From Pyrinomonadaceae bacterium (GTDB lineage: Bacteria > Acidobacteriota > Blastocatellia > Pyrinomonadales > Pyrinomonadaceae), in the NCBI GenBank assembly GCA_046313635.1, contig JBKBYA010000010.1, forward strand, positions 1 through 64,000: 64,000 nt of DNA, written 5' to 3'. Position 1 is the stretch's first letter. Each line of letters opens with the position of its first letter. The notes below the pieces were generated by a model that was given only the letters and a program-made list of their open reading frames with translations, was not told where the DNA came from and did no database searches. Below, piece after piece: positions 16,585 to 29,555 of this stretch. A program made the position numbers and the translations under genes.

Positions 16585-17457
16585 CTAATCTCCGAAGCTG
16601 AATCCGCCGCCGCCGCCGCTCTGCGACGGGAAGAACGGCTTGAGCATCCCGGCAAATGCAGCGAGATTGCGGGTCTGAATAAGGATCTCGCCGGGGCCGC
16701 GAAATTCGGCGACGAGTCCCTCGCCGCTCATCATGCTCCGAAAGAAACCGCGATTCGACGCCTTGCGCAGGTTGTACTGCAGGTGGCCTTCCCAAGCGAC
16801 GAGGTGGCCAGTGTCGACGACGTAGGCCTCGCCCGGCCGGAGCATCTTGCGATGGATGGCACCGAATGACGAGACGAGCAGCAGCCCCGAGCCCGACACC
16901 TGCAGCAGGAAGAGACCTTCGCCGCCGAAGAACGATTTTGCGCCGCCGAATCTTGTCTCGACCTGCAGCGACGTGTCGCCCGCGAGGTACGAGCTCGACT
17001 GCACCATAAAGGTCTGGTTCTGCATTTCGATGCCGACGACCGCGCCGGGCGAGCCGGGCGCGAGCGTCACCTCGCCGGGCCCGCCTTTTGCGGTAAAGGT
17101 CGAGACAAAGGCCGTTTCGCCGCCGACCGCGCGTTTGAGAGCGCCGAAGACGCCGCCCTTCAGCTCTGAATTAAGATCAACGTTTGCCGACATCGAGACC
17201 ATCGCTCCGGCCTCGGCCGAGATCGACTGTTCGGGCTGCAGATCGACGACCGCGAGCTCGAACGCTCCCTGGTGCTCGATCCTCCACGAGTAGCCGCGGC
17301 CCTGGCCGTGCCCGTCCGTGTCGAAATGGAACGCTCCGCCCTGCGGCGGCTGAGCCGGGTTAGGCTGCTGGGCCGGGGCCTGCGGCAGACTGTTGCCGCA
17401 CGCGCCGCAAAAGCGCGCGCCCGGCGCGAGCTGGGCATTACAGAATGGACAATTCAT
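16585..17457 (-). CDS. AIM24/TIGR00266 family protein with N-terminal zinc ribbon
   Basis: CPFC...FCGACG ribbon; AEAGAMVSMS, FFGGEGLFL, VVDTGHLVAW, GPGEILIQTR. Confidence 0.88.
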   Translation of the reverse strand: MNCPFCNAQLAPGARFCGACGNSLPQAPAQQPNPAQPPQGGAFHFDTDGHGQGRGYSWRIEHQGAFELAVVDLQPEQSISAEAGAMVSMSANVDLNSELKGGVFGALKRAVGGETAFVSTFTAKGGPGEVTLAPGSPGAVVGIEMQNQTFMVQSSSYLAGDTSLQVETRFGGAKSFFGGEGLFLLQVSGSGLLLVSSFGAIHRKMLRPGEAYVVDTGHLVAWEGHLQYNLRKASNRGFFRSMMSGEGLVAEFRGPGEILIQTRNLAAFAGMLKPFFPSQSGGGGGFSFGD

Positions 17458-18008
17458 GCGATCACCTTGGAAGTCTTTTCTATGAGAATTGCGGACGCTT
17501 GCTCGGCCGAGTCCGCGAAATCGAGATACGAGAGATCGTCGTCAGACACGACGAGCTGCTGCTGCCAGCACCTGACCACCTCGCGCCAGCATTCGCCCAC
17601 CAACACGAGCGGCCGAGGCTCGAGCACGCGGGTCGCGAGCTTGTTCCAAACCAGCGAGATCTCGGTCACGGTCCCCATTCCTCCGCGCAGAGCCACGAAG
17701 CCGACCGAACGCGTGATCAGGTTTTGAAGCCGGTCGTAGAAGTGATCGGAGGCGACCTTGTCTGTGAGATAACGGTTCGGCTCGGCCTTGAACTGATTCA
17801 TCACGATACCGAAGACGCGCCCGCCGGCCTCGCGTGCGCCGCGCGAGGCGGCCTCCATTATGCCGAGATAGCCGCCGGTGCAGATCGTAAAGCCGGCCTC
17901 TGCGAGGCGGCGACCGAGCACGCGTGCTTCCCTGTATTCGGGCGAAGAGTCGTCGCACTTCGACCCGCCGAAAATTGTTACGATCCGCTCTCCGGAATCA
18001 ACCTTCAT
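17454..18008 (-). CDS. LOG family (lysine decarboxylase-like) protein
   Basis: VTIFGGS, TGGYLGIMEAASRGA, GGMGTVTE. Confidence 0.88.
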   Translation of the reverse strand: MKVDSGERIVTIFGGSKCDDSSPEYREARVLGRRLAEAGFTICTGGYLGIMEAASRGAREAGGRVFGIVMNQFKAEPNRYLTDKVASDHFYDRLQNLITRSVGFVALRGGMGTVTEISLVWNKLATRVLEPRPLVLVGECWREVVRCWQQQLVVSDDDLSYLDFADSAEQASAILIEKTSKVIA

Positions 18009-18078
18009 CGCACACCGATCGCCTCCAGACCGATCCTTTGAGCATTATAATCGCCGCCGGAATCGATCTCCAAAAAGC

Positions 18079-19449
18079 TCACTTTCCCGCCTCTTCGGGC
18101 GTGAGGTTTCCCGCCTCGTGTATCGCACGGCGAGTATCCGTGAACAGCAGGATCACGCCGCCGGCCACAAAGAAAAAGATCAGAGCGAGGATCGCCCGGC
18201 GATACGACCCGGTCGCGCCGACGACCGCGGCGAATACGAGATTGCCGAGCCAGGACGTACCTTTTTCGGATATCTCGTAGAGACCGAAGAACGCGGTCTC
18301 GCGCTGTTTCGGGATCATCTGCGAAAACAGCGAACGCGAGAGGGCCTGCGTGCTGCCGAGAACAAGACCGATGCAGGCGCTCATGATCCATGCCTGCGTA
18401 CGCGAGGAGAGAAACCCGTAGGCGAAGACGACGATGCCCGCCCAAATGGACAAGCAAAGCAAGATCGTGCGCTTGGCGCCGATCAAGCGGGCGATCCGCT
18501 CGAATACAACCGCGCCGATCAAGGCCGCGACCTGAGCGACAAAAAATATCGCCAGCAAAAACGTCGGATCGGCCGCCACGCCGCGCGATACAAAAAGCTC
18601 CTGCGAGAGAAAGATCGACGAGTTGAGAATCACGGTCTGGATGCCGTCGTTGTAGAGCAGGTAGGCCGCGAGGAACATCAACGTGTAGCGCAGCCCGGCC
18701 AGCTCTTTGAGCGTGCGCCACACTTCGACAAATCCGACGGCGACCAGCGGCCGGTCTTTAGGAGCGGCCGCTGCCGGCGGTCTCGAGCGGACGAGCGTGA
18801 AGGTGACCACGGCGAATGCGCCCCACCAGAGCGACGCCGAGAGCATAGAGATCCGCACGGCGAGCGACTGGCTCATCCCGAGATCCTCGGCAAATTGGAT
18901 GAGCGCGATGTTGAGCGCCAGCATGATCAGCCCGCCGAGGTAGCCTGCGGCGTAGCCGTAGCTCGAAACGCTGTCTCGCCGGTCTTCTGTGGTGATGTCG
19001 ACGAGGTATGAATTGTAAAAGACATTCGCCGCCGCAAACGACATATTGCCGACAAGCAGTGCCGCGCAGCCGAAGAGATAATTGTCCTCCTGGACAAAGA
19101 ACATCAGACCGCCCGCGACCACGCCGAGATAGCAAAAGAATGCCATCAGCCGCTTTTTATACGGCGTAAGATCGGCGAGCGAGCCTAGCACCGGCAAGAT
19201 AAAGACCTGCAGAAAGATCGACAGCCCGAGCGTCACGGCGACGAGATTGTCGGACGTGACCGACCCGATCGGGCCGAGGCTGACGACCGTGCCGTTGCGG
19301 CCGACGTCGTTCTGCGCAAGGGCCGTGAGATACTGCCCCGCCAGCACCGTGACGACCGTCGTAAAAAATGCGGAATTTGCCCAGTCGTACGTTAACCAGC
19401 CAAAGATCTCGCGGGGATCGTTCTTTTTTTCGCCGGAGTGTTCGCTCAT
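18079..19449 (-). CDS. MFS transporter (UMF1/ATG22-like)
   Basis: WLTYDWANSAF, ANVFYNSYL, LYNDGIQT, QALSRSLFSQMIP; about 12 TM segments. Confidence 0.9.
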   Translation of the reverse strand: MSEHSGEKKNDPREIFGWLTYDWANSAFFTTVVTVLAGQYLTALAQNDVGRNGTVVSLGPIGSVTSDNLVAVTLGLSIFLQVFILPVLGSLADLTPYKKRLMAFFCYLGVVAGGLMFFVQEDNYLFGCAALLVGNMSFAAANVFYNSYLVDITTEDRRDSVSSYGYAAGYLGGLIMLALNIALIQFAEDLGMSQSLAVRISMLSASLWWGAFAVVTFTLVRSRPPAAAAPKDRPLVAVGFVEVWRTLKELAGLRYTLMFLAAYLLYNDGIQTVILNSSIFLSQELFVSRGVAADPTFLLAIFFVAQVAALIGAVVFERIARLIGAKRTILLCLSIWAGIVVFAYGFLSSRTQAWIMSACIGLVLGSTQALSRSLFSQMIPKQRETAFFGLYEISEKGTSWLGNLVFAAVVGATGSYRRAILALIFFFVAGGVILLFTDTRRAIHEAGNLTPEEAGK

Positions 19450-20327
19450 TGGTTCAGCAGGTGAAGTACGGTCGGCGCGATGTGCGTGAGATCGCCGATC
19501 GCCGCCGCGGCCTGGTCGCAGTGTCGGCCCCAGACGACCGTGGGCACGTCATTGAGGGTGTGATTTCGGATCGACAGGTCCTCGATGTTGCCGTGATCGC
19601 TTGTCAAAATTACGGTCGTTCGTTCGAGATCGACGGCCTCGACGCAGGAGCGGACAAAGCGGTCGAGCTTCGGCAGATGCTCGCGCGCGGCGGCCCGGTC
19701 GCGCTCGTGGCCGATCTTGTCCGTGATGAAATGTTCAAAAAGCACAAAGCGGTTCCGCTCCGATAGACGGGCGAGTATCCGGCCCGCCTCCTCAGGCGGC
19801 CGCGGCGCCACGTCAAAGCCGCGCTCGACGAGCGTCTCATTCGTGATGTCGTGAAAAAGCGAATGCCCGCCTACAAGGTCGGGCAGGCGCATGAGCGGCA
19901 GCGCGGCGGCCTCGACCGCGCAGGTCGTTGCCGACTTCCAACGCGGGGGCGACGAAAAGAACTGCGGCGTATATGTATTGGCAAACAGCGCCGGCCCGAG
20001 CCGCTTGTCGCGGATCTGCCGAAAGATCGAATGTTCCGCAATGACCTCTCTCAGCCGTAGATCGGGGAAGCCGTGCTTATGGCGTCCGAGCATCTTGGCG
20101 ACATTCTTGCCCGTCAAGATCGTCGTCTGCCCCGATGCGCTCTGCGGCCTGCCCTCGACGCCCAGCCGCGGGTCGGTCGCGGCAAGGCGGCCGCCGAACG
20201 GAACTCTTGCCCGCTCGCCGCAAAAATGCGCGATCAGGCTGTCGCCTGAGAGCTCCGCGAGCGGATTATGCTCGCCGCGCATCCCGATCCCGAGGCCGTC
20301 GACGAAAATGAGTACGACGCTGTTCAC
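19446..20327 (-). CDS. Alkaline-phosphatase-superfamily metalloenzyme (phosphoglycerate mutase/phosphopentomutase-like)
   Basis: LIFVDGLGIG, PQSASGQT, TDKIGH, TSDHGNIED, HTLNDVP; GTG start chosen by eye. Confidence 0.8.
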   Translation of the reverse strand: MNSVVLIFVDGLGIGMRGEHNPLAELSGDSLIAHFCGERARVPFGGRLAATDPRLGVEGRPQSASGQTTILTGKNVAKMLGRHKHGFPDLRLREVIAEHSIFRQIRDKRLGPALFANTYTPQFFSSPPRWKSATTCAVEAAALPLMRLPDLVGGHSLFHDITNETLVERGFDVAPRPPEEAGRILARLSERNRFVLFEHFITDKIGHERDRAAAREHLPKLDRFVRSCVEAVDLERTTVILTSDHGNIEDLSIRNHTLNDVPTVVWGRHCDQAAAAIGDLTHIAPTVLHLLNQ

Positions 20328-20553
20328 CAGAGTTCGAAAAGTGAGGCTGATCCGGTCGGACCGGGCATGTGGCCAAGGTATCAAATGGCCGATACGACGG
20401 CAATGCCTTGACTTGATTCAAGGGCAGATTGTACGATTCGACAGCGTTTTTTGCTTTGTTGGTCACTCATCGAAGGGCACCATCGGATGCCCGCCAGCCC
20501 CCCATTTTGAGTCCCAACGTAAGTTTCACCCGCTAGAGGAGGATAATTTTTCT

Positions 20554-22314
20554 ATGGGAAGGACCAGATCCAACCAATCGTTGACGGTCGTTCTGTACTC
20601 GATCGGAGTGCTGGCGGTCGCGGCTTTATTTTTGATATCCGGAGCGCAAAACAATGTCGCGGACGCCCGTTCCGGCGACGGCGCGATACCATCCGCGACG
20701 TTTCCAGCAAACAGCGGAACTTTGGGAGCTATTCCCGATCATGCCGGCACTTGTCAGACCGGACCGTTTACGCCCAAGGACGTGACATTCACTGTCTCCG
20801 GGCTTTCGGGAACGGTTTCCAACGTGAACGTCGCGATGACGTTTGGCGGCCCCAACCACACCTGGATGGGCGACGTTGTGGCAACCCTCATCGCTCCGAA
20901 CGGCGCCTCGCACGTCATCTTCGGCCGAACCGGCGCTACGACGGCTACCGCCGCGGGCGACAGTTCGGATCTCGGTGCAGCGTACACATTCTCTGATAAT
21001 GCGCCGTCTCCGCCGAGCGGCGGCTGGTGGCAGGCGGCGACGGCTGCGGCAGCCACCGCGGTGATGCCGACCGGAACATATCGAACGACGGCCTCGGGTG
21101 GTGCGGGAGCGACCAATCCGATGCCGCCGACTAATATGAACGCCGCATTCTCAGGCGTTACAAATGCCAACGGAACCTGGACGCTTCGCTTTACCGACGG
21201 TTGTGCCGGCGATACCGGCGCGGTCTCGGCGGCGACGCTTGACGTGACCGCGGGAGCCGTTCCGACCGGCAAGGCAAACGTCGACATCAATGGCGACGGC
21301 AAGACCGACTACGTCCTTGCACGGGGCACGACGACCCCGCTTGCCGAAGCAGCACCGGTCGACAACCCGGAGATCGACAGGATCATGGAAACACGCGGGC
21401 CGAAGACGATCGGTCAGCTTCGCGGCCAGACGGATGCCGCTGCTCCGCTCGCACCGCCTATCTTCTGGTACACGCTGATCAACGGCACCGGTGCCTTCTC
21501 CGCTCCGCAATGGGGCGACGCGGCCACCGACTTCCTGACGCCGAGCGACTTTGACGGCGACAATAAATCGGACTATACCGTCTGGAGACCGGGAGCGCCG
21601 GGATCGGCTACCTTCTATATCCTCCAGAGCGCTACCAACACGGTCCGCCTCGAGACCTTTGGCCAGACCGGGGACGATCCGGCGGTCGTCGGCGATTACG
21701 ACGGCGACGGCAAGTCCGACCCGGCCGTCTACAGATGTCCGCCAAACACCTCCAGCCCCGGCCAGTGCTTCTTCTTTTATCGGGGAAGCTTTAATAATCC
21801 GAGCGGCAACGTGACCTACGTTCCGTGGGGATTTGGTGTGAGCGGTAACTTCTTCCCGCTGCTTGGCGATTTTGACGGCGACGGAAAGAACGACTTCTGC
21901 ATACAGCGCTCTAATCCCAGCGCTCCGACGCAGGGTCAGTTCGTCCTTCTGAAATCGGGCGGCGGCACCGAGTTTGTCGACTGGGGCCTCTCGAGCGACT
22001 TCTTGATCCCGGGCGATTATGACGGTGACGGCAAGAGCGACTTTTGCGTTCGCCGCACGGTCAGCGGGGCACGGCAGCACTGGGTGTTGACCCGTACCGG
22101 CGCGACCTTCCAACGTACGTGGGGCGTCACTGGTGACCAATCGATCCCGGGCGACTATGACGGTGACGGCAAGACCGACTTCGCTGTCTGGCGGCCGAGT
22201 GCGACCGCCGGTCAGAGCGCGTTCTGGATCGAGAACTCGTCAAACGGCAGCATCACGAGCTTCCCGTTCGGTGCGAACGGCGATTTTGCCGTCGCGGGAT
22301 GGGCCGTGCATTGA
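20554..22314 (+). CDS. Exported protein with proprotein-convertase P-like domain and C-terminal FG-GAP/VCBS repeats
   Basis: GAGGAGG RBS, signal peptide, HTWMGDVVATLIAPNG...NGTWTLRFTD, six DxDGD-type repeats (e.g. GDYDGDGKTDFAVWRP). Confidence 0.85.
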   Translation: MGRTRSNQSLTVVLYSIGVLAVAALFLISGAQNNVADARSGDGAIPSATFPANSGTLGAIPDHAGTCQTGPFTPKDVTFTVSGLSGTVSNVNVAMTFGGPNHTWMGDVVATLIAPNGASHVIFGRTGATTATAAGDSSDLGAAYTFSDNAPSPPSGGWWQAATAAAATAVMPTGTYRTTASGGAGATNPMPPTNMNAAFSGVTNANGTWTLRFTDGCAGDTGAVSAATLDVTAGAVPTGKANVDINGDGKTDYVLARGTTTPLAEAAPVDNPEIDRIMETRGPKTIGQLRGQTDAAAPLAPPIFWYTLINGTGAFSAPQWGDAATDFLTPSDFDGDNKSDYTVWRPGAPGSATFYILQSATNTVRLETFGQTGDDPAVVGDYDGDGKSDPAVYRCPPNTSSPGQCFFFYRGSFNNPSGNVTYVPWGFGVSGNFFPLLGDFDGDGKNDFCIQRSNPSAPTQGQFVLLKSGGGTEFVDWGLSSDFLIPGDYDGDGKSDFCVRRTVSGARQHWVLTRTGATFQRTWGVTGDQSIPGDYDGDGKTDFAVWRPSATAGQSAFWIENSSNGSITSFPFGANGDFAVAGWAVH

Positions 22315-22335
22315 TCGACCGAAAGGTCGCTTGGC

Positions 22336-22374
22336 AAGAAAGGCAGGAATTCGTTCCTGCCTTTCTTCATTTTC
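22336..22374 (+). terminator. Intrinsic terminator
   Basis: Perfect 14-bp stem AAGAAAGGCAGGAA-TTCG-TTCCTGCCTTTCTT followed by CATTTT. Confidence 0.85.
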
Positions 22375-22459
22375 GGGAGGTTGGTGCACGCCGCTTTTGC
22401 CCAATGCCGCCGCCAGCATTTAAAGTTGATTCCGGCGTCAACCGACCGCCACTTGCCGA

Positions 22460-23446
22460 ATGAAAGCAATGATCCTCGCCGCCGGCTTCGGCACGCGGCT
22501 TTTCCCTCTTACGATCGACAGGACCAAGCCGGCGATACCGTTTCTCGGTCGGCCGGTCGTGCAGTATGTGGCCGAGTATCTGAGAGCATTCGGCATTACG
22601 GACCTGGTCGTGAATCTCCACCATCAGCCCGATTCGGTCATACGCGCGCTCGGCGACGGGAGCGATTACGGCGTTCGTATCCAGTATTCGATCGAGCAGC
22701 CCGAGATACTCGGGACGTCGGGCGCGCTCGACCACGCGAGGCATCTGCTCGGCGACGAGGCCTTTGTCATCGTCAACGGCAAGATCGTCACCGACATCGA
22801 CATCGCCGCGGCGATCAAGACACATCGCGACACCGGGGCCGTCGCCACGATGGTGCTCAAGCCGAACGCAGCTCGCGAGAGATTTACTGAGGTTGTCGTC
22901 GAAGACGGACTCGTGCGCGGTTTCGGCGGATACCCGGAGCCGGCCGCCGCTGCGGGCGATCCTGTGCCGATGATGTTCACCGGCATTCACATCCTCGAGC
23001 CGAGCGTCTTTGAATACATCCCGCGCGGCGTTTACTCGGACATCGTGCCGACCTTTTACCAGCCGGCGATCGAACGCGGCGAAACGATCGCGGCCCACAT
23101 CGCCGACGGTCGATGGTTCGAGCTGTCGACTCTGCGTCGATATCTCGACATTTCGCTGGCGATGATGACGGCCGGCTGCAGCGTGCAGATCGGCCGCGGC
23201 TCGGTCGTAGCGGACCGGGCCGACGTGACCGACAGCGTTATCTGGGACGACGTCGTCGTCGAGCCGGGCGCGACGCTTCGCCGCGCGGTGATCGCCGACG
23301 GCGTGCGCGTGCGATCGGGCCAGCGGTTTGAGAATGCGGTCGTCGTTCGTGCGGCGAGCGTCAGGGCGTGCTCGTCGATACCCGAAAAAGCGCCGGCGGG
23401 TTTCTTTGACGGTGAGAATTACGTCGTTCCGCTTGCAGATCAATAG
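22460..23446 (+). CDS. Sugar-phosphate nucleotidyltransferase (MurU/MPG1-like) with C-terminal hexapeptide region
   Basis: MKAMILAAGFGTRLFPLT..TKPAIP, LGTSGAL, FTGIHILEP; adjacent to an AmgK-like kinase. Confidence 0.85.
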   Translation: MKAMILAAGFGTRLFPLTIDRTKPAIPFLGRPVVQYVAEYLRAFGITDLVVNLHHQPDSVIRALGDGSDYGVRIQYSIEQPEILGTSGALDHARHLLGDEAFVIVNGKIVTDIDIAAAIKTHRDTGAVATMVLKPNAARERFTEVVVEDGLVRGFGGYPEPAAAAGDPVPMMFTGIHILEPSVFEYIPRGVYSDIVPTFYQPAIERGETIAAHIADGRWFELSTLRRYLDISLAMMTAGCSVQIGRGSVVADRADVTDSVIWDDVVVEPGATLRRAVIADGVRVRSGQRFENAVVVRAASVRACSSIPEKAPAGFFDGENYVVPLADQ

Positions 23447-23461
23447 TCCTCTCGATCGACG

Positions 23462-24484
23462 ATGCTGGATTGCAGACAGAGATTAGAACGCTACCTCGAG
23501 CATGCCGGGGAGCCGATCGGCGAGATCGAGCAGCTCACGCCAGACGCGTCGACGCGGGAGTACTTTCGTGTCCGGTGGCAGGGCCGCACCGCGATCGCCT
23601 GTGTTTACCCCGAGCCCTTTGACGCCGCTGAGCAGACTTACCTCGACGTCACGAGGCTCTTTGCCGCCGGCGGCCTGCCGGTCGCCCAGGTCCTCGCCTA
23701 CGACGAGCGCCTCGGCATCATCGTTCAGGAGGATCTCGGCGATCTGATACTGCGGAATAAGCTCGTCGACGCCGACGCGGCCGAACGCGACCGTCTGCTC
23801 GACCGTTCGATAGCGCTGATCGCGCGAATACAGGCGGCGACCGATCTGGCCCGCCAGATGAACTCGGCAGCGTCGCGACTCAAGTTCGACGTCGAAAAGC
23901 TCACGTGGGAGCTCGACTTTTTTCGCACGCACTACTTCGAAACCTTGCGCCGGCGTCCGCTCACGGCGGCGTCGTCCGACGCGCTCGACCGCGAGTTCAG
24001 ACAGCTTGCCGGGGAGCTAGAGGCGCGGGCCGAGGTGTTGTGCCACCGCGATTTTCACGCGGCCAACCTGATGATCGACCGCGACGGCGAGCTGCGGATC
24101 ATCGACCATCAGGACGCGCGTATCGGCACGGCCTCGTACGATCTCGTTTCGCTGCTGCTCGATCGCGTCACCGAGCCGCCGCCGGTCGGATGGCTCGGCT
24201 CGAAGCGGCGCGTGCTGATCGAGGAACGAGTAAAGCTAGGCCTGCCGCGGCTCGACGAGAACCGCTTCGCGCACGAGTTCCGCCTGCAGACCGTGCAGCG
24301 CTGCCTCAAGGCCGTCGGTACGTTCTCGTTCCAATCGGCGATGCGCGGCAAGACGCACTTTTTGCCGTTCATCAAGCCGATGTTTGAGATCGCGCTCCGC
24401 GCGGCGTCAGAGATCGAGAGCTTCCCGGCCCTCGGCGATCTGCTTTTACGCGAGATCGAGACCGATCAACACCCACGCGGCTGA
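23462..24484 (+). CDS. amgK: AmgK-like anomeric MurNAc/GlcNAc kinase (APH phosphotransferase family)
   Basis: DASTREYFR, EDLGD, HRDFHAANLM, IIDHQDARIG..SYDLVSLL, QRCLKAVGTF. Confidence 0.75.
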   Translation: MLDCRQRLERYLEHAGEPIGEIEQLTPDASTREYFRVRWQGRTAIACVYPEPFDAAEQTYLDVTRLFAAGGLPVAQVLAYDERLGIIVQEDLGDLILRNKLVDADAAERDRLLDRSIALIARIQAATDLARQMNSAASRLKFDVEKLTWELDFFRTHYFETLRRRPLTAASSDALDREFRQLAGELEARAEVLCHRDFHAANLMIDRDGELRIIDHQDARIGTASYDLVSLLLDRVTEPPPVGWLGSKRRVLIEERVKLGLPRLDENRFAHEFRLQTVQRCLKAVGTFSFQSAMRGKTHFLPFIKPMFEIALRAASEIESFPALGDLLLREIETDQHPRG

Positions 24485-24513
24485 AGCGTGCCTCCGCCGG
24501 GGAGCCTGCCTTA

Positions 24514-26331
<1,818 letters not shown>

Positions 26332-26385
26332 CTCTCTAAAGGTCTCTTAACGGCCGAGCGGACAGCAAGGCCATAGCTGATCGTG

Positions 26386-26949
26386 TCAGAACATTCCGAG
26401 ATGGTCTAACAGGATCCGCGTCCCGATCAGGATCAGGATCACACCGCCGAATGCCTTTGAACGGCTGCGGGCGAGCGATCTGAACCGGTGACCGAGCAGC
26501 ACGCCGGCCAGCGAGATCGCGAACGTGACGGCGCCGATCGTCACGGCGATGGCCGCGATCGACGGCAGGAAGAGCAGTCCCGCGCCGACGGCAAGCGCGT
26601 CGATGCTGGTCGCGACGGCGAGCGTCACGAGGCGCCAGAGAGCGATCGGCTCGCCCGTATCGTCCTCGCCGGCTGAGCCCGCGAGGTCGTCCCAGATCAT
26701 CTTGCCTCCGATCCCGGCGAGCAGCGAAAAAGCGATCCAGTGATCGTACTCTGCTATCAGGTGCTGAAACCGCTGGCCGACAAACCAGCCGATCGCGGGC
26801 ATGATCGCCTGGAATGCCCCAAAAAAGATCGACATTCGTATCGCGTCCGACCGCAGCAGACGCTTTGATGCCGCGCCGTGCGCCACGGCGACCGCAAACG
26901 CATCGGCCGAGAGACCGACCGCGAGGAATAAAAGTGTAAAGACGCCCAT
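26386..26949 (-). CDS. mntP: Manganese efflux pump MntP family
   Basis: GLSADAFAVA, FGAFQAIMP, YDHWIAF, ATSIDALAVG; ATG at 26949. Confidence 0.88.
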   Translation of the reverse strand: MGVFTLLFLAVGLSADAFAVAVAHGAASKRLLRSDAIRMSIFFGAFQAIMPAIGWFVGQRFQHLIAEYDHWIAFSLLAGIGGKMIWDDLAGSAGEDDTGEPIALWRLVTLAVATSIDALAVGAGLLFLPSIAAIAVTIGAVTFAISLAGVLLGHRFRSLARSRSKAFGGVILILIGTRILLDHLGMF

Positions 26950-27266
26950 TCGCGAAAAATGCAAAAAAGCCACACCGACGCGCGCCGAAACCCTTCGTAC
27001 CGAAAGGCGCTGCATCGCAAAGGTCTGGCTCTTGAATATTACGGTCTGCGATCCCTTCGGCTCAAACAGCAAGGCCCGAGCGGACGCCGCGATCGTGCGC
27101 GGGGCAAGGCGGTGTCGGCAAGACCGCGAGATCATCCCATACGAGCGCCGGCCCGCCGCACGAGGCTGCGTGGGCGGACGAGCGAGAGCGCGGTGCGGCG
27201 TCGCCATCGCGTCAGATTGTTACGCGTACCCGATTTAGATAGAATTTTGCTTTTTATCCGGAAGCG

Positions 27267-28577
<1,311 letters not shown>

Positions 28578-28604
28578 GCCGGCGGCCGTAAAGCAGACCA
28601 ATAT

Positions 28605-29555
28605 ATGAGGCCGGAAGCCGACTCGATAGATGCAGCGACCGTGATCGAATCGAAAGATCTCGATGACGACATCGACCGGTTCTATCGATCGGGCTTCCGC
28701 CTTTTGATGATCTTGCCTGCTGACGCTCCGCGCGAAGCGTTGCTGTTTCGAGATACCGAGCTCGTTCGACTTAGATCAAATAACCGACGACATTCGGGAA
28801 CTACCGGCTGGGCCGCGGGCCGTGCGGGGATGGAGTATCGCGACCTGATCCCTGGGCGGCTCGGCGGCCGCGTTATCGCCTCTCACATTCGGCTGACGCG
28901 CGGCGGTGAGGTTCCAGACCACGTGCATTATCACAAGATCGGTTTTCAGATGATCTACTGTGTAAAGGGCGCGATCCGAGTCGTTTACGAGGACCAGGGC
29001 GAGCCGTTTTGGCTGCGGCCGGGCGACTGCGTTCTGCAGCCGCCGGAGATCCGGCATCGCGTACTCGAGGCCGAAGCGGGTTCCGAAGTCGTCGAGGTCG
29101 GCTCGCCCGCGGAGCACGAGACCTGGATCGATCACGACCTCACGCTGCCGACGCGCGAATTCAAACCCGACAGGCTGTTTGCCGGCCAGCGCTTCGTGCG
29201 GCACATCGCGGCCGACGCGGCGCGAGAGAGCAACGGAGACGACCGTATTCATCTGCGTGACACAGGCATCGGCCAGGCGTCGGGCGGTCTGCTCGACGCG
29301 AAGGTCGTCGCGCTTTGCGCCGGTGTCGGATCTGATCTTAAAGCGTTGACGGCCGGCGCGGATTTCTATTTCGGCTTCGTCCTCTCGGGCGAGCTCGCGC
29401 TCGCCGGCAGATCGCTCTCACTGCGGGCTGCCGACAACTTTGCCGGACTCGGCGTCGACGTGCCCGCGGTCGCGGCGCGCTCGGCCGCAGAGCTGCTGCT
29501 CGTGTCGGGCTCTCTCACGCTGTCGGGAGATCGCGGTCGACCCTCTACGCCGTAA
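28605..29555 (+). CDS. Cupin-domain protein
   Basis: GRAGMEYRDLIP, VHYH...FQMIYC, GDCVLQPPEIRHRVLE. Confidence 0.8.
   Translation: MRPEADSIDAATVIESKDLDDDIDRFYRSGFRLLMILPADAPREALLFRDTELVRLRSNNRRHSGTTGWAAGRAGMEYRDLIPGRLGGRVIASHIRLTRGGEVPDHVHYHKIGFQMIYCVKGAIRVVYEDQGEPFWLRPGDCVLQPPEIRHRVLEAEAGSEVVEVGSPAEHETWIDHDLTLPTREFKPDRLFAGQRFVRHIAADAARESNGDDRIHLRDTGIGQASGGLLDAKVVALCAGVGSDLKALTAGADFYFGFVLSGELALAGRSLSLRAADNFAGLGVDVPAVAARSAAELLLVSGSLTLSGDRGRPSTP

Noticed and set aside
19891..20553. 221-aa N-terminal extension of the FG-GAP ORF (similar extensions on Rhs, mntP, NPP, CoA-transferase, ECF sigma and mlaE)
   Set aside because: Extensions overlap neighbouring genes or intergenic DNA; downstream starts fit RBS, signal peptide or family N-termini better.
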